Source: Eledone cirrhosa
Lineage: Eukaryota
Length of the DNA stretch: 64,000 nt
Assembly: GCA_964016885.1 (NCBI GenBank)
Contig: OZ024742.1
Span: 358,174,001-358,238,000 of the forward strand
Direction of reading: 5' to 3'
A program made the translations under genes and the position numbers. Under the pieces are notes generated by a model. It was not told the origin of the DNA. It saw nothing but the letters and a program-made list of their open reading frames with translations, and made no database searches. Below are positions 1 through 13,059 of the stretch, piece by piece; the first letter of the stretch is position 1; each line of letters opens with the position of its first letter.

Positions 1-761
1 GACTTGGGAGTAACCGTGGACAGCAACATAAGCTGGGCCACGCATATAAGCAGCAAAGTTGACATGGCCCGCAGAATGTGTTCCTGGATCCTCAGAACCT
101 TCCAGTCGAGAGATTCCCACATCATTATCCTTCTCTTCTCTACTTTTGCCCGACCACACCTTGAATACTGTTGTCCACTGTGGTCTCCCCACACGAAACA
201 AAGTATCATGAAACTTGAAGCTCCTCAAAGGGCAATCACGAAAAAGATAGATGGCATGTCAGACCTTGACTACTGGGGTCGACTAGAAAACCTGAAACTT
301 TACTCACTCCAACGTCGCCGTGAGCGTTATATTATCTGCATGATGTGGAAAATGTTCCATCATCACTGCCCAAATGATGTTGGCATCGCCTTCAAGATAC
401 ACCCAAGGCTTGGGCCCCGTGCTATCCGTCCCATTCAAAAATCTAAATCGCAACTCATAACAACAATACGGCACAATTGTTTCACCTCAATCGGCCCTGC
501 TCTCTTCAACATCACACCAGGACACGTCAAAACAGAAACTGACCACACAAAATTCAAGAAGTCTTTGGACAAATTCCTCCAAGTAATCCCGGACAAACCA
601 CCCACACCCGGATATGTCTCCGCAAACAGTAATTCTCTTCTCGAATGGGCCATGGTGCCCAAATCCTGAATTGAAAGACTTCGCCAGGTGGTGCTATTAA
701 GTTAGACATGGCCTGGGCCAATACTGGCCAAAACATTTCAAAGTTATTCAAAGTTAAAGTT

Positions 762-764
<3 letters not shown>
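1..764 (+). mobile_element. 3' end of a CR1-group LINE (RT C-terminus, ORF 4-669, short repeat tail)
   Basis: DLGVTVDSNISW..HI, RPHLEYCCPLWSPH and LYSLQRRRERY are typical of CR1/L2-group ORF2 C-termini; ends in a TTCAAAGTTA-type repeat tail. Confidence 0.8.
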
Positions 765-1185
<421 letters not shown>

Positions 1186-1186
<1 letters not shown>

Positions 1187-1508
1187 GGCTTAGTGGTTAG
1201 ACGATTGACCTTGCAATCGGGAGGGCGTGAGTTCAATTCTCAGACCGAGTGATGTGTTGTGTCCTTGAACAAGACACTTTATTTCACATTGCTCCAGTTT
1301 ACTCACCTGTAGAAATGAGATAATAGGGACAGGGGTCCATATCATTCCACTGTAAAAGAGGACGTATAGGCGCCACGGAAAAAAAACACCCAGTCCTCAC
1401 TGTAAATGTGGTTGGTGTTACGAAGCTGTAGAAATCAAGCCAGAATCAGTTCCCATCCCACCCTTGCAAGCAGGGAAAAGTGGACGTAAAATGATGATGA
1501 TGATGATA
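1186..1508 (+). mobile_element. tRNA-derived SINE with RTE-type tail
   Basis: A box TGGCTTAGTGG, B box GAGTTCAATTC, core GTGTCCTTGAACAAGACAC, tail ACCCTTGCAAGCAGGGAAAAG..(ATG)n. Confidence 0.85.
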
Positions 1509-1547
1509 TACATATATATATATACATATATATATATACATATATAC

Positions 1548-1580
<33 letters not shown>

Positions 1581-1600
1581 AATATAAATAAGTCTTGTTA

Positions 1601-2050
1601 CAGGGGACTAATCCCAGAATTTGTCTCCTATTATTGATGGTCGCTTGTTCAGTTTTCTTCTACGAAATGTAACGTAAATATTTCATTTTCTTCTCAACTC
1701 TCCACATTCGGTTCATTCATCTATATATCTTACAATCCCCCAGAATCAAAAAATCGTATTCAAAATTGGCTTTCTATAATTCTGTTCTGTCTCACCGTTG
1801 TTCTAAAAATAATTCTGCTCCTCGCAGGGGACTAAACCCAGAATTTGTCTCCTATTATTAATGGTCGCTTGTTCAGTTTTCTTCTACGAAATGTAACGTA
1901 AATATTTCATTTTCTTCTCAACTCTCCACATTCGGTTCATTCATCTATATATCTTACAATCCCCCAGAATCAAAAAATCGTATTCAAAATTGACTTTCTA
2001 TAATTCTGTTCTGTCTCACCGTTGTTCTAAAAATAATTCTGCTCCTCGCA
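1601..2050. repeat. Tandem duplication, 2 x 224 bp
   Basis: CAGGGGACTAA... starts at 1601 and 1825; copies nearly identical. Confidence 0.9.
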
Positions 2051-2187
2051 AACTACCCCATACCCCTCCCTCCCCCACTCTCCACCTTATTATTTGGATC
2101 AATCACAAATAAACGACCTATGCTAGCAATTCTGGTTGCTTTTTCGATATGATGGGTGAACTAGGGAATTTCTGGAGAGTCAGAAGA

Positions 2188-5100
2188 ATCTGGACACCCG
2201 AAGACAATGCAAAAGATAACGACAAATTCACCTCATGCTGCCGGACGAAAGGGCAAAGCCCCACCCTCTTTGTTGCGGCCGCGGATGGCCAACATAACCC
2301 CAACCCCATCAACCTCACCCCTCCCTGCACCCCACCCACCGTACGCAATCCAAAATTTCAGAGTTGGTACCATGAATGTAGGGACCTTAAAAGGCCGCTC
2401 AAACGAGGTTGTAGAAATGCTTGAACGTAAGGAGGTTGATGTCTGCTGCATCCAAGAGACCAGGTGGAGGGGCCGGTCAGCTAGATTCATTGTGGGTAAA
2501 AAACGATGCTATAAGCTTTTCTGGGTGGGAAATGACAATGGGCTGGGTGGGGTAGGAATCATGTTAGCAGAAAAATGGGTGGATAAGATAATAGACGTAA
2601 ATAGAGTAAACGACAGAATAATTAAAATAAGACTTGTTCAAAATAGAACTACTGTGACGATAATATCTGCGTACGCGCCCCAATCCGGACTGCCTAGCGC
2701 TATAAAAGACACTTTCTATGAGACAATGATGCTCACTACCTCCCAAATAACCGACAGTGACTAGATAATTATTGCTGGCGACCTAAATGGTCACGTTGGA
2801 CAAACATTGTGACGGCTATGATGAAATCCATGGAGGCTATGGGTTTGGTACTAGAAATGAGGAAGGCTCCAGAATCCTGGAATTCTGTGACGCAAATAAC
2901 CTAACAATCTGTAACACTAACTTAAAAAAACGAGACAATCACTTGATCACCTACAGATCAGGGGAACATACCAGCCAGGTAGATTATATCCTTACCAGAA
3001 GACGTGACAGAGTGACTGTTGTAAACACTAAATCCTTCCCCCATGAAGATTGCACCTCCCAACATAGACTGATAATTAGCGACCTCATAGTCAGGACGAG
3101 ACGTACTCGACAGCAGAAGAGGACTATCCTCAGGAGAAAAATGTGGAAGCTAAAGGACCCCACAGCCAGAAATAAATTTCAAAGCATATTACTTGATGCT
3201 TTCGACAGTAAGGAAGAGCATTTAGAGTCGGACAATATAGAGGGACAGTGGGAATTCCTGAAAGCAAACCTGCTGATGGCGGTAGACGAAGTCTGTGGCC
3301 GGAGCAAGCCTATAGGCAGGAGGAGAGTAACATGGTGGTGGAACAGTAAGGTGGAGGAGTCGATTAAGGCCAAAAAGCAGGCTTGGAAAGTATGGGGGAA
3401 GTAGAGAAGACTATCAAGTGGCCAGGAGGGAAGCTGGAAGACAAGTGTACTTCGCATGAAGGGAAGCAGAGGAAAGAAAGTTCAAGCATGTTCTACAACG
3501 CGAGGAATAAAAACGTGAGGTGTTCAGGATTGCTAGGGAATGTGTCAAGGAAAACCGTGATATTGTTGGGGAGAAGTGTGTACTAAATGATGATGGCGTA
3601 CTCGCCATCACTGACGCTGATAAGAAGGTCACTTGGAAGTGTCACTACGAGAGGCTACTAAATGAGGAGAATAAATGGGAGAAGGATAGTCTCCCCCAGA
3701 TCGATCCAATAGAGGGACCAGCAGTGTTAGTTGAAGGTAGTATAATAAGTAAAGCAATCAAAGATATGAAGACGGGTAAGGCGGCTGGGCCTTCGGAAAT
3801 AGTTGCTGAGATGCTGAAGGGCTCTGGAACGGTGGGACACACCATGGTCACCCGGATAGTAAACCAAGTCATACAGAATGGGGCTGTTCCGAAGGACTGG
3901 CATAGCAGCATCATCATTAACTGTTACAAGGGTAAAGGAGATGCCCTATATAGGTGTAACTATAGAGGCATTAAATTAATCGACCAGGTCATGAAGGTCA
4001 CGGAAAAAGTAATAGTGCAACTAATCAGAGAGAGAATCGATCTAGATGAAATACAGTTCGGGTTTGTCAGGCAAAAGTACCACAGACGCTCTTTTCATTG
4101 TACGACAACTACAGGAGAAATACCTAGCTAAAAGTAAACCCCTATACTTGGCCTTTGTCGACTTGGAGAAAGCCTTCGACAGAGGCCCCCGTTCCATTAT
4201 CTGGTGGGCTCTTAGAAAACTATGTGTTGACGAATGGCTTGTGAGAGCTATACAAGCCATGTATAAAGAAACAGTGAGCAAGGTTAGAATTAACAACGAA
4301 TATAGTGAAGAGTTTAGCGTAAAAGTTGGTGTCCATCAGGGCTCTGTTCTTAGCCCCCTACTATTTATTATTGCCCTTCAGGCTATAACAGAGGAGTTCA
4401 AGACCGGCGCCCATGGGAACTCCTATACGCAGATGATCTAACGCTCATAGCTGAATCAATGGCCGAGCTAGAGAAGAAATTCCAAAAATGGAAGCACGGC
4501 CTAGAATCAAAAGGCCTTAAAATTAACCTGGCTAAGACTAAAGTTCTAGTTTGTAGGAAAGAAAATAAGGCGCCCGTCCCTTCCGGGAAATGGCCATGCT
4601 CAGTGTGTAGGAAAGGCGTAGGTAGAAACTCCATTTTATGTCCCAAATGCAAAGTATGGGTGCAAAAAAGATGTAGTGGGATCACAGGTAAGCTAACTAA
4701 GAACACAGATTTTACATGTGGCCGGTGCTCTGGTGCAATAAGTAGCAGCAAGTGCCCACAAAATACTAGCTCTTTCAATTGCGCAGAGGGTTCTATAGAA
4801 ATAGTGGACAGCTTCCGTTACCTGGGTGACAAAATCAGCAGTGGGGGAGGGTGCTCTGAAAGTACAGTAGCTAGAGTCAGAACTGGATGGAAAAAGTTCA
4901 GAGAGCTTATACCACTATTAGCCGCTAAAGGGTTCTCCCTAAAAATGAAAGGCAGGTTGTATGATGCCTGCATACGAACAGCAATGTTGCATGGCAGTGA
5001 GACCTGGGCATTGTGTGCAGAGGATATACGCAGACTAGAGAGGAACGAAGCCTGCATGCTCCGCTGGATGTGTAATAGTAATATACGCGAACGGCAAAGC

Positions 5101-5999
5101 ATAAACGAACTAAGGAAAAAATTAGAAATAAGAGGGATCAGATGTTGTTTACTCGAGAGAAGGCTACGTTGGTGTGGTCACGTGATGCGCATGAAAGACG
5201 ACAGCTGTATAGCAAAGTGCAGGGCAATAAAGATAGACGGTAGCCACGGAGTAGGCAGACCCAGAAAAACCTGGGACGAGCTGATAAATTCCGACCTCAC
5301 ACACTTACACCTCTCCAAGACAATATCACTGGACCGAGACCTTTGGCGGTACTCAGTAATAGAGAAGACCCGCCTTACCTAAATACAAAGTAAAACCTAC
5401 TACAGTCAGTAGGCATCTCTAACAAAATACACCCCCGTCCCACCACCTCCGCCCATCCACACCGCCCCTTTCAATGTAAAGTTATGTTGGTGCCACAAAA
5501 TCCAGGCCGAAACAAATGAGATCGTGTAGGTGTCACGACAAAAAAACACACAGTCCACGCTGTAAATGTGGCCGTGTAGACAACACGGTAAAAACCTCCC
5601 AGCCCCACACTGTAAATGTGGTTGGTGTTAGGAAGGGCATCCAGCTGTAGAAAACCCGCCAGACAGTCCACGCTGTAATGTGGCCGTGTAGGCAACACGG
5701 TAAAAACCTCCCAGCCCACACTGTAAATGTGGTTGGTGTTAGGAAGGGCATCCAGCTGTAGAAAACCCGCCAGACAGTCCACGCTGTAATGTGGCCGTGT
5801 AGGAAACACGGTAAAAACCTCCCAGCCCACACTGTAAATGTGGTTGGTGTTAGGAAGGGCATCCAACTGTAGAAAACCCGCCAACAGTCCTATGCGAGCA
5901 AGACAACCACTCTTGCCTCAAGTGGGAAAACTTCCGTCCAAACCCATGCAAGCGTGGAACATGGACGTTAAACGATGATGATGATGATGATGATGATGA
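2188..5999 (+). mobile_element. RTE LINE family A, copy 1, near full length, disrupted (APE endonuclease, RT, PHD-like finger); 5' boundary approximate
   Basis: VGTMNVGTL, CCIQETRW, SAYAPQ, GDLNGHVG, KGKGD..NYRGIKL, FVDLEKAFD, GVHQGSVLSP, YADDL, FRYLG, GRPRKTW; stops and frameshifts; (GAT)n tail. Confidence 0.95.
5551..5890 (+). repeat. 3 x ~111-113 bp tandem module in the RTE 3' UTR
   Basis: CAGTCCACGCTGTAA at 5551, 5664 and 5775. Confidence 0.9.
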
Positions 6000-6079
6000 T
6001 ATATATATAGGCGCATATTTAAACACAGCAACAACAACAACTACAACAACAACAGCAACTACAACAACATATATATATA

Positions 6080-6128
<49 letters not shown>

Positions 6129-6271
6129 ATCACTGACCTGTTGCTAAACTCCTTTCTCTGTGTTGAATGTGTGTGTGTACATATATATATATATTGTGCG
6201 TGTATATATATATACATATACAAACAGTGAAAACAATGAAATTAAACAAAAAACGGTTAATTTATAATAAA

Positions 6272-6402
6272 TCTCATTATTTTACGATCGTTTCTAGGGA
6301 GTAGTTCCTCGTGTGTTCATTCTATTATTGATCTATGTAAAATACATTACAAATTATCATAGTAAGAAATATACATATGTCTTCTCTACCCGCCGTCTTC
6401 AG
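6272..6402 (-). ncRNA. Rearranged long-loop hammerhead ribozyme remnant inside a foldback
   Basis: Minus strand CUGAAGA (6402-6396), helix II CGGCGGGUAG/CUACUCCCUA, GAAA-CGAUCG-UA; the 5' strand of helix I is displaced by an inverted duplication. Confidence 0.55.
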
Positions 6403-7289
6403 AAACGATTGTAAAATAATGAGATTTACTATGAATTAACCGTTTTTTGTTTAATTTCATTGTTTTCCCTATTTGTATTTTTGACTCTGTATCCAATGAA
6501 TTATATCGTTGAAATTTTGTATTTTAAACTTTGCTTCACGACATCTTCTACATACGGATTGCATTGAGTTCTTCATACAGCTTAGACCCTAGCACTAATT
6601 GGTGGATTTATCTGTGTATATATATATATATCTCAGTCGATGGGACCAGATTTCAACACAGCAGCAACAACTGCAACGACAACAGCAACTACAACAACAA
6701 CAACAACTGCAACAACACCATTGTCTGCAGTAGCAGCATCAGTGAAATGAACAACAACAACGCAGCAGCAGCAACAACAACAATAACTGCCATCACCATC
6801 ACTGACACCAACCACCACCACCACCATCACCATCACTGACACCATCCACCACCACCACCATCACCATCACCAGTGATCAGGCCTTAAGAAGAAGAAAACA
6901 ACTATAATACTAAATAACTATTCTGTTCTTGGCACGGGGCAGCGATTGTCCCAGCGCATTGCTGGTGCCTTGTTTTGGGCCCGGAGCGTGGAGGGCCATT
7001 GCTCTATGCTGTAAAGCAAACAATTATTATTATTATATAGAAACTGAACTGTAAAAGTCAACAGTTGACATGATCTTGTATCAGTACTGATGGTAATATA
7101 TGTATGTGTGTGTGTGTGTGTGAGTGACATGTGTGTGTTTGTATGCATGAATGTTGGTGTGTGAGTGAGTTTGTCTGTGTGCCGTAAGTGTCAATAAGTA
7201 GTGTTTTTTTTTGTTTGTTTTTTTGTTATGACCATGCTGTAAAATGGAGGGGTAGAGAGCGTCCATGAGTCCAGTAAGACTTCCCCTCT

Positions 7290-10200
7290 AGTGCTGGTGG
7301 CATGAATAAAAGCACCCAATCCATGCTGTAAAGTGGCGCAGGTGTTAGGAAGGGCATCCAACCAGTGTATCAATGCCAAAACAATTATGAGCACAGCAAT
7401 AAATATATAGAAACAACGAAAATATGAAGACATCGCATCACAGAGTTGCAACACTTAATGTTGGTACTCTCACAGGTAGATCTCGTGAAATACCGGAGAT
7501 GCTGGAGAGAAGGCAGGTGGATGTGTGCTGCGTGCAAGAGGTGAGATGGAGAGGTGCCTCTGCGAGACTAGTCCCAGGCAAACATCTTAGCTATAAGCTT
7601 TTCTGGGTAGGTAAGGATGATGGGTTAGGGGGAGTAGGCATCTTCAGGGCTGAGAAATGGATCAATAAGACAATAGAGGTAGTTCGAGTTAATAATCGAA
7701 TAATTAAGCTTAGATTAGTTGTAGGCAGGAAACTACTGACAATCATCTCTGCCTAAGCTGCCAAGCAGGCCTAGGCAAAGAAGAGAAAGACTGCTTTTAC
7801 AAGCAACTTTTACAAACAGCCGCAATGACAGAGGACGGAGACATCGTTATGCTATCAGGGGACTTCAATGGTCATGTTGGACAGCTCCAGGATTGTTAGA
7901 CTGGCGTACATGGTTCATGGTTACGGCTCAAGAAATGAAGAAGGAGTGAGACTTCTTGAATTTTATGATGCAAGTACACTGACTATTTGCAACACTAACT
8001 TCCAGAAACCTGCCAACCACCTAATAACCTATAAATCAGGTGAGCATATAAGCCAGATTGACTTCTTACTAGTTAGGCAGCGGGACAGGCAGATGGTGTC
8101 AAAAACCAAGGCATACCCTGGGGAAGGTTGTACCCACAGCATAGGTTAGTCGTTAGTAATATCTCAGTAAGGAAGAGATGGAAAGTGACATACAGGAAGG
8201 TGTGGAGAAGAAAGGTCTGGAAGCTAAAAGACCTTTCACTAAAATACAAATTTAGGAAAGCCCTTCAAGATGTGTATGACGAAAAAGAAGACGATTTAGA
8301 GTCGTATGACATAGATAATAACTGGAATTTCTTACGTAACAACTTACTGCAGGCTACTAATGAAACTTGTGGCTGGAGCAGAGCTCCAACCAGACAGAGA
8401 GTGTCCTTGTGGTGGAACAGCACATTAGATAGGGCCGTTAGAGACAAAAGACTAGCATGGAAGGTTTGGAAAAAGGGTGGGAGTAGAGAAGGATATACAG
8501 CTGCTAAGAGAGAAGCTAGACGTCAGGTGTACTTAGCACGCAGGGAGGCTGAGAGTAGGAGGTTTGTCAATGTTCCGCGATGGGAAGATCAGAGGTGTGC
8601 GGTGTTCCACATTGCAAGGCAGTGTGTCAATGCAAATCAGGATGTTGTTGGAGACAAATGTGTCCGGAATGATGCCGGTGTACTTAGTGTCACGAATGAT
8701 CAGAAAAAGGAGGCCTGGAAATGTCATTATGAGAGACTGATGAATGTGGAAAACGAATGGGAGAGAGAGAAATTACCCTCAGTAGATCCGACAGAGGGAC
8801 CAGCTATTGAGATTGACGAATATAGGGTCCAAGAGGCGATTAAAGAAATGAAAAATGGTAAGGCTGCTGGACCGTCAGGGATAGTTGCTGAGATGCTGAA
8901 GGCATCAGGGGACGTAGGCACTAAACTGGTTGCACGTATCATCAATCAGGCTATATATGGTGCTGTCATACCCAAAGACTGGGCAGCAGTATTCTCATAA
9001 ATTGCTACAAAGGTAAAGGGGATGCTCTGGAGAGGAGCAATTATAGGGGTATAAAACTGATGATCAGGTTATGAAAGTGGCAGAAAGGATATTAGCAAAA
9101 CTAACTAGAGAAAGGGTCAAACTAGATGAGATGCAGTTTGGTTTTGTGCCTGGGAAAAGTACAACAGATGCCCTCTTCTTGGTGAGACAATTACAAGAGA
9201 GGTTCTTAGAGAAGAATAAGCCACTGTACTTAGTCTTTGTTGACCTAGAGAAGGCCTTTGATAGGGTACCCCGATCTGTCATCTGGTGGCCCTTAAGGAA
9301 AGTAGGAGTTGAGGAATGGCTTGTGAGGACAGTGCAAACTTTGTACAGAGGTGCTGTCAGTAAAGTGAGGGTAGGAATGGAGTTTAGTGAGGGAGGATTC
9401 CAGATACAAGTAGGAGTACATCATGGTTCAGTCCTCAGCCCGCTCTTGTTCATTATAGCCTTCCAAGCCATAACAGAGGAGTTTAAGACTGGCTGTCCAT
9501 GAGAACTTCTCTATGCTGACCATCTGGTTCTTATAGCAGTATCAGTAGAGGAGCTAGAGAATAAATTCTGGCTATGGAAATAGCAGTTGGAAGCAAGTGG
9601 ACTGAGAGTGAACCTAGCTAAGACAAAAGTGTTGATGAGTAGAAAAGAGGACAAAACTCTGATTCCATCAGGCCTTGTTCGATATGCAGAAAAGAAACTG
9701 GCATAAATTCTATAAAATGCACACAATGCAGATCCTGGATACACAAGAAATGTAGTGGTATAGCGGGAAAACTAACAGGTAGGGAGAAATACGTATGCAG
9801 TAGATGTACAGGGAAATTAGACAGTAGAAGTCGCATTGATAGACACATTTTTCAAATGCAGGTGGGTGCTATAGAAGTGGTGGATAGTTTCCGGTACCTA
9901 GGAGATCAGATTAACATGGGAGGGGGGGGGGGTTCTGAGGCCATAGTATCTAGAATAAGGATGGGTTGGAAGAAGTTTAGTGAGCTGCTTCCTCTGCTGA
10001 CGAAAAAGGGTTTCTCTCTGCGTACGAAAGGCCAGATATATGATGCCTGTGTGAGGAGCGCGATGCTGCATGGTAGAGAGACATGGGCAGCAACTGCAGA
10101 GGATATGCGAAGGCTGGAGAGAAATGAGGTAAGCATGCTCCGTTGGATGTGCAATGTCAATGTGCGTGAATGACCGAGCATGGATGTGTTGAGAGAGAAA

Positions 10201-10503
10201 CTGTGTCTGAGAGGGATAGAATGTAGTGTGCGAGAGAGGAGACAGCGGTGGTATGGATATGTGATGTGCATGAAGGATGACCAATGGGTGAAGAAGTGCC
10301 AGGAAATGCCAGTTGAAGGAAGACATGGTAGAGGTAGACCACAAAAAACATGGGCGGAGGTGGTGAGAACAAACCTCAGATTGCTGAAGCTCACGGTGGA
10401 GATGAGGAAGGACCGTGACAAGTGGAGAGATGCTGTGCTGAATAAGACCCATCCTACCCTTGCAAGCAGGGAAAAGCGGACATAAAATGATGATGATGAT
10501 GAT
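7290..10503 (+). mobile_element. RTE LINE family B, near full length, disrupted; 5' boundary approximate
   Basis: VATLNVGTL, CCVQEVRW, FVDLEKAFDRVPR, GVHHGSVLSP, FRYLG, GRGRPQKTW; (GAT)n tail. Confidence 0.92.
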
Positions 10504-10519
10504 ATACATATATATATAT

Positions 10520-10968
10520 GAAGGCACATGGCTTAGTGGTTAGAGCATTGGCTTGCAATCAAAAGGTTGTGAGTTCAATTCTCGGACCGGGTGATGTGTT
10601 GTTTCCTTAAGCAGAACACTTTTTTCACATTGCTCCAGTTTACTCAGCTGCAGAAATTAGATGATAGGACTGGGGTCCCTATCATTCCACTGCAAAGTGG
10701 TCGTGGAGGTGCCACGGCAAAAAAGCACGCAGCCCACACTGTAATGTGGACGTGTAGGCGCCACGAAAAAAAAAAAGCACCCAGCACTCACTGTAAATGA
10801 GGTTGGTGTTAGGAAGGTCATCCAGCTGTAGAAATCAAGCTAGAATCAGTTCCCGTATGAGCAAGACAAGATCAGCTGACCGGACACTGCCCACAACAGG
10901 GCAACCTGTCTAACCCATGGTAGCGTGGAAGAACGGACGTAAAACGGTGATGGTGATGATGATGATGA
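10520..10968 (+). mobile_element. tRNA-derived SINE with family-A-like RTE tail
   Basis: GGCACATGGCTTAGTGGTTAGAGC..GAGTTCAATTC head; tail ACCCATGGTAGCGTGGAAGAACGGACGT(GAT)n. Confidence 0.85.
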
Positions 10969-11564
10969 TACATATACCTATATATATATATATAAATAAT
11001 TTGAAAACACCCTGAAAGATGGCAGTGCTGGTGACATATCAAAATGCATCAGGTCAACTCTGTATGTTAATAGTGTGGGTGGCATGACAAAAAAACCCTA
11101 GTCCATCCTGAAAGATGGTCATATTGATGCACTCAGCCAACTCTGTAAGGTGGTAGAGTCAGAGTTATGGTGAAATACTTATAGTACATGTTAGGAAATG
11201 GTTGGCATTAGGAAAGGCATGCAGTAGTGGAAACCAATTCTTAAAATGGTGGATACAAGGTGTGGTCATGTGACCAATCTAGCTCAGTCGCTGACAACTT
11301 TTCTAACTCATGCAAACATAGAAATAAACACTGATGATGTTGATGATAACAACAATGATGGCGATGATGATGACAACAATGATGATGGTGATGATGATGA
11401 CAACAGTGATGATGATGATGATGGTGATGTTAGATGCCTTGTAATGGAAACAAGGAAATAACTTTTTTTGTTATTTGGGATCTATCTCTGAAATGAATGT
11501 ACATTATCAGAAGAATAACACATCACCCTCTCCTTCTCTGTACACAGACTGAATGATCTGACTC

Positions 11565-11920
<356 letters not shown>

Positions 11921-12519
11921 TTCCACTAGAATAATTGCTCTCTCTAGAGAGAATATATGGATCTGTCTCTGTCAGCTTTGATGCAATTTCTCTGAGCTGA
12001 ATGTAACTCCATCATGTTTGTTGCGTTATGCAACTTTCAGGAAATTTTCTTATTTTAGAGCAAGCTTAAACAAATATCCTCAGAGATAATTAATTTATAT
12101 GCTCTATGGTGAGTCCTAGCAGTTTCTTCCATGAACTGCTGGTATGTGATATTCTACATGTTAACCATTTGTTTAAAAGTGTTTGTATACATACACTGTA
12201 AAGTGGTTCGAATTAGGAAGGGCATCCAACTGTAGAAACCTAGCCAAACTACAGATCTGGATGAGTAAGATGTAGTCTATAAACTTCACTTGTCTCATTA
12301 TGTGACAACCTGTCGAACCCATGAGTGTGCTCAAAAATAGATGTTAAATGATGATGATGATATATATTCCATCATAATTTTATATAAGTACCTTTATTAA
12401 CTAGTAGCATGGCTAGAGAAGCCATATGGAAGAACCCCTTGACTGTCATCAAACAAACACAGCCTTTTTCCCTTTCAGGTTCATAGAACCTCTTCCCAAG
12501 GAAATAACATTAACTGTAA

Positions 12520-12750
12520 AATTACAAATCTCAGGACTGCTAACCTCAATATTGGCACCCTTAAAGAAGTCATAGTAGTGGACAACCAAGAATAACTAGG
12601 ACAGAGGTGTTGAGAGCTGACCTAAAGTCCCTAACACTCACAGAGGAGATGACAAAACACCCCAAATGGAGAGATGTTGCGCTGAGAAGGACCTGTCCAA
12701 CCCATGCAAGCATGGAAAAATGGATATAAAATCAATGATGATGATGATGC
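12520..12750 (+). mobile_element. Degenerate, internally deleted RTE fragment (5' endonuclease start joined to 3' end)
   Basis: CTCAATATTGGCACCCTTAAAG followed by ..AACCCATGCAAGCATGGAAAAATGGA(ATG)n. Confidence 0.55.
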
Positions 12751-12789
12751 TCCAAATGCCATCTCCACCTAATAAAAGTTTCTACATTT

Positions 12790-13000
12790 GGCACAAAGCC
12801 AGTAATTTGAAGAAAAAGGGAAAAAATCAATTAAATCGACTCAAGAGCCTTACTGGTACTTTATTTTATCGTCCATGTAAGGATGAAAGGCAAATCTAAC
12901 CTCGGGAGTATTTGAACTCAACATAAAGAGTTGTAACAATATGGTGTAAAGTATGTTGTCTGATACTCTACCGATACTGCTAATCCACTGCCCCATAATA
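12790..13000 (-). mobile_element. Second tRNA-SINE family, degenerate
   Basis: Reverse complement resembles 45826-46010 (GAGTTCAAAT..TTTGCCTTTCATCC..GATAAAATAA.TACCAGT). Confidence 0.6.
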
Positions 13001-13059
13001 TATACTGTTGAAACTAAAGCAAGAATGTTTCTTTGCAATGTCCACTGTATAGTGCCTCC

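Noticed and set aside
1186-1250. tRNA genes at SINE heads
   Set aside because: A/B boxes present but no full cloverleaf; they continue into SINE bodies
9057-9076. CTGATGA..GAAA hammerhead-like spacing
   Set aside because: Inside RTE coding sequence, no helices
9898-10529. ~208-aa minus-strand ORFs
   Set aside because: Antisense shadows of RTE coding sequence
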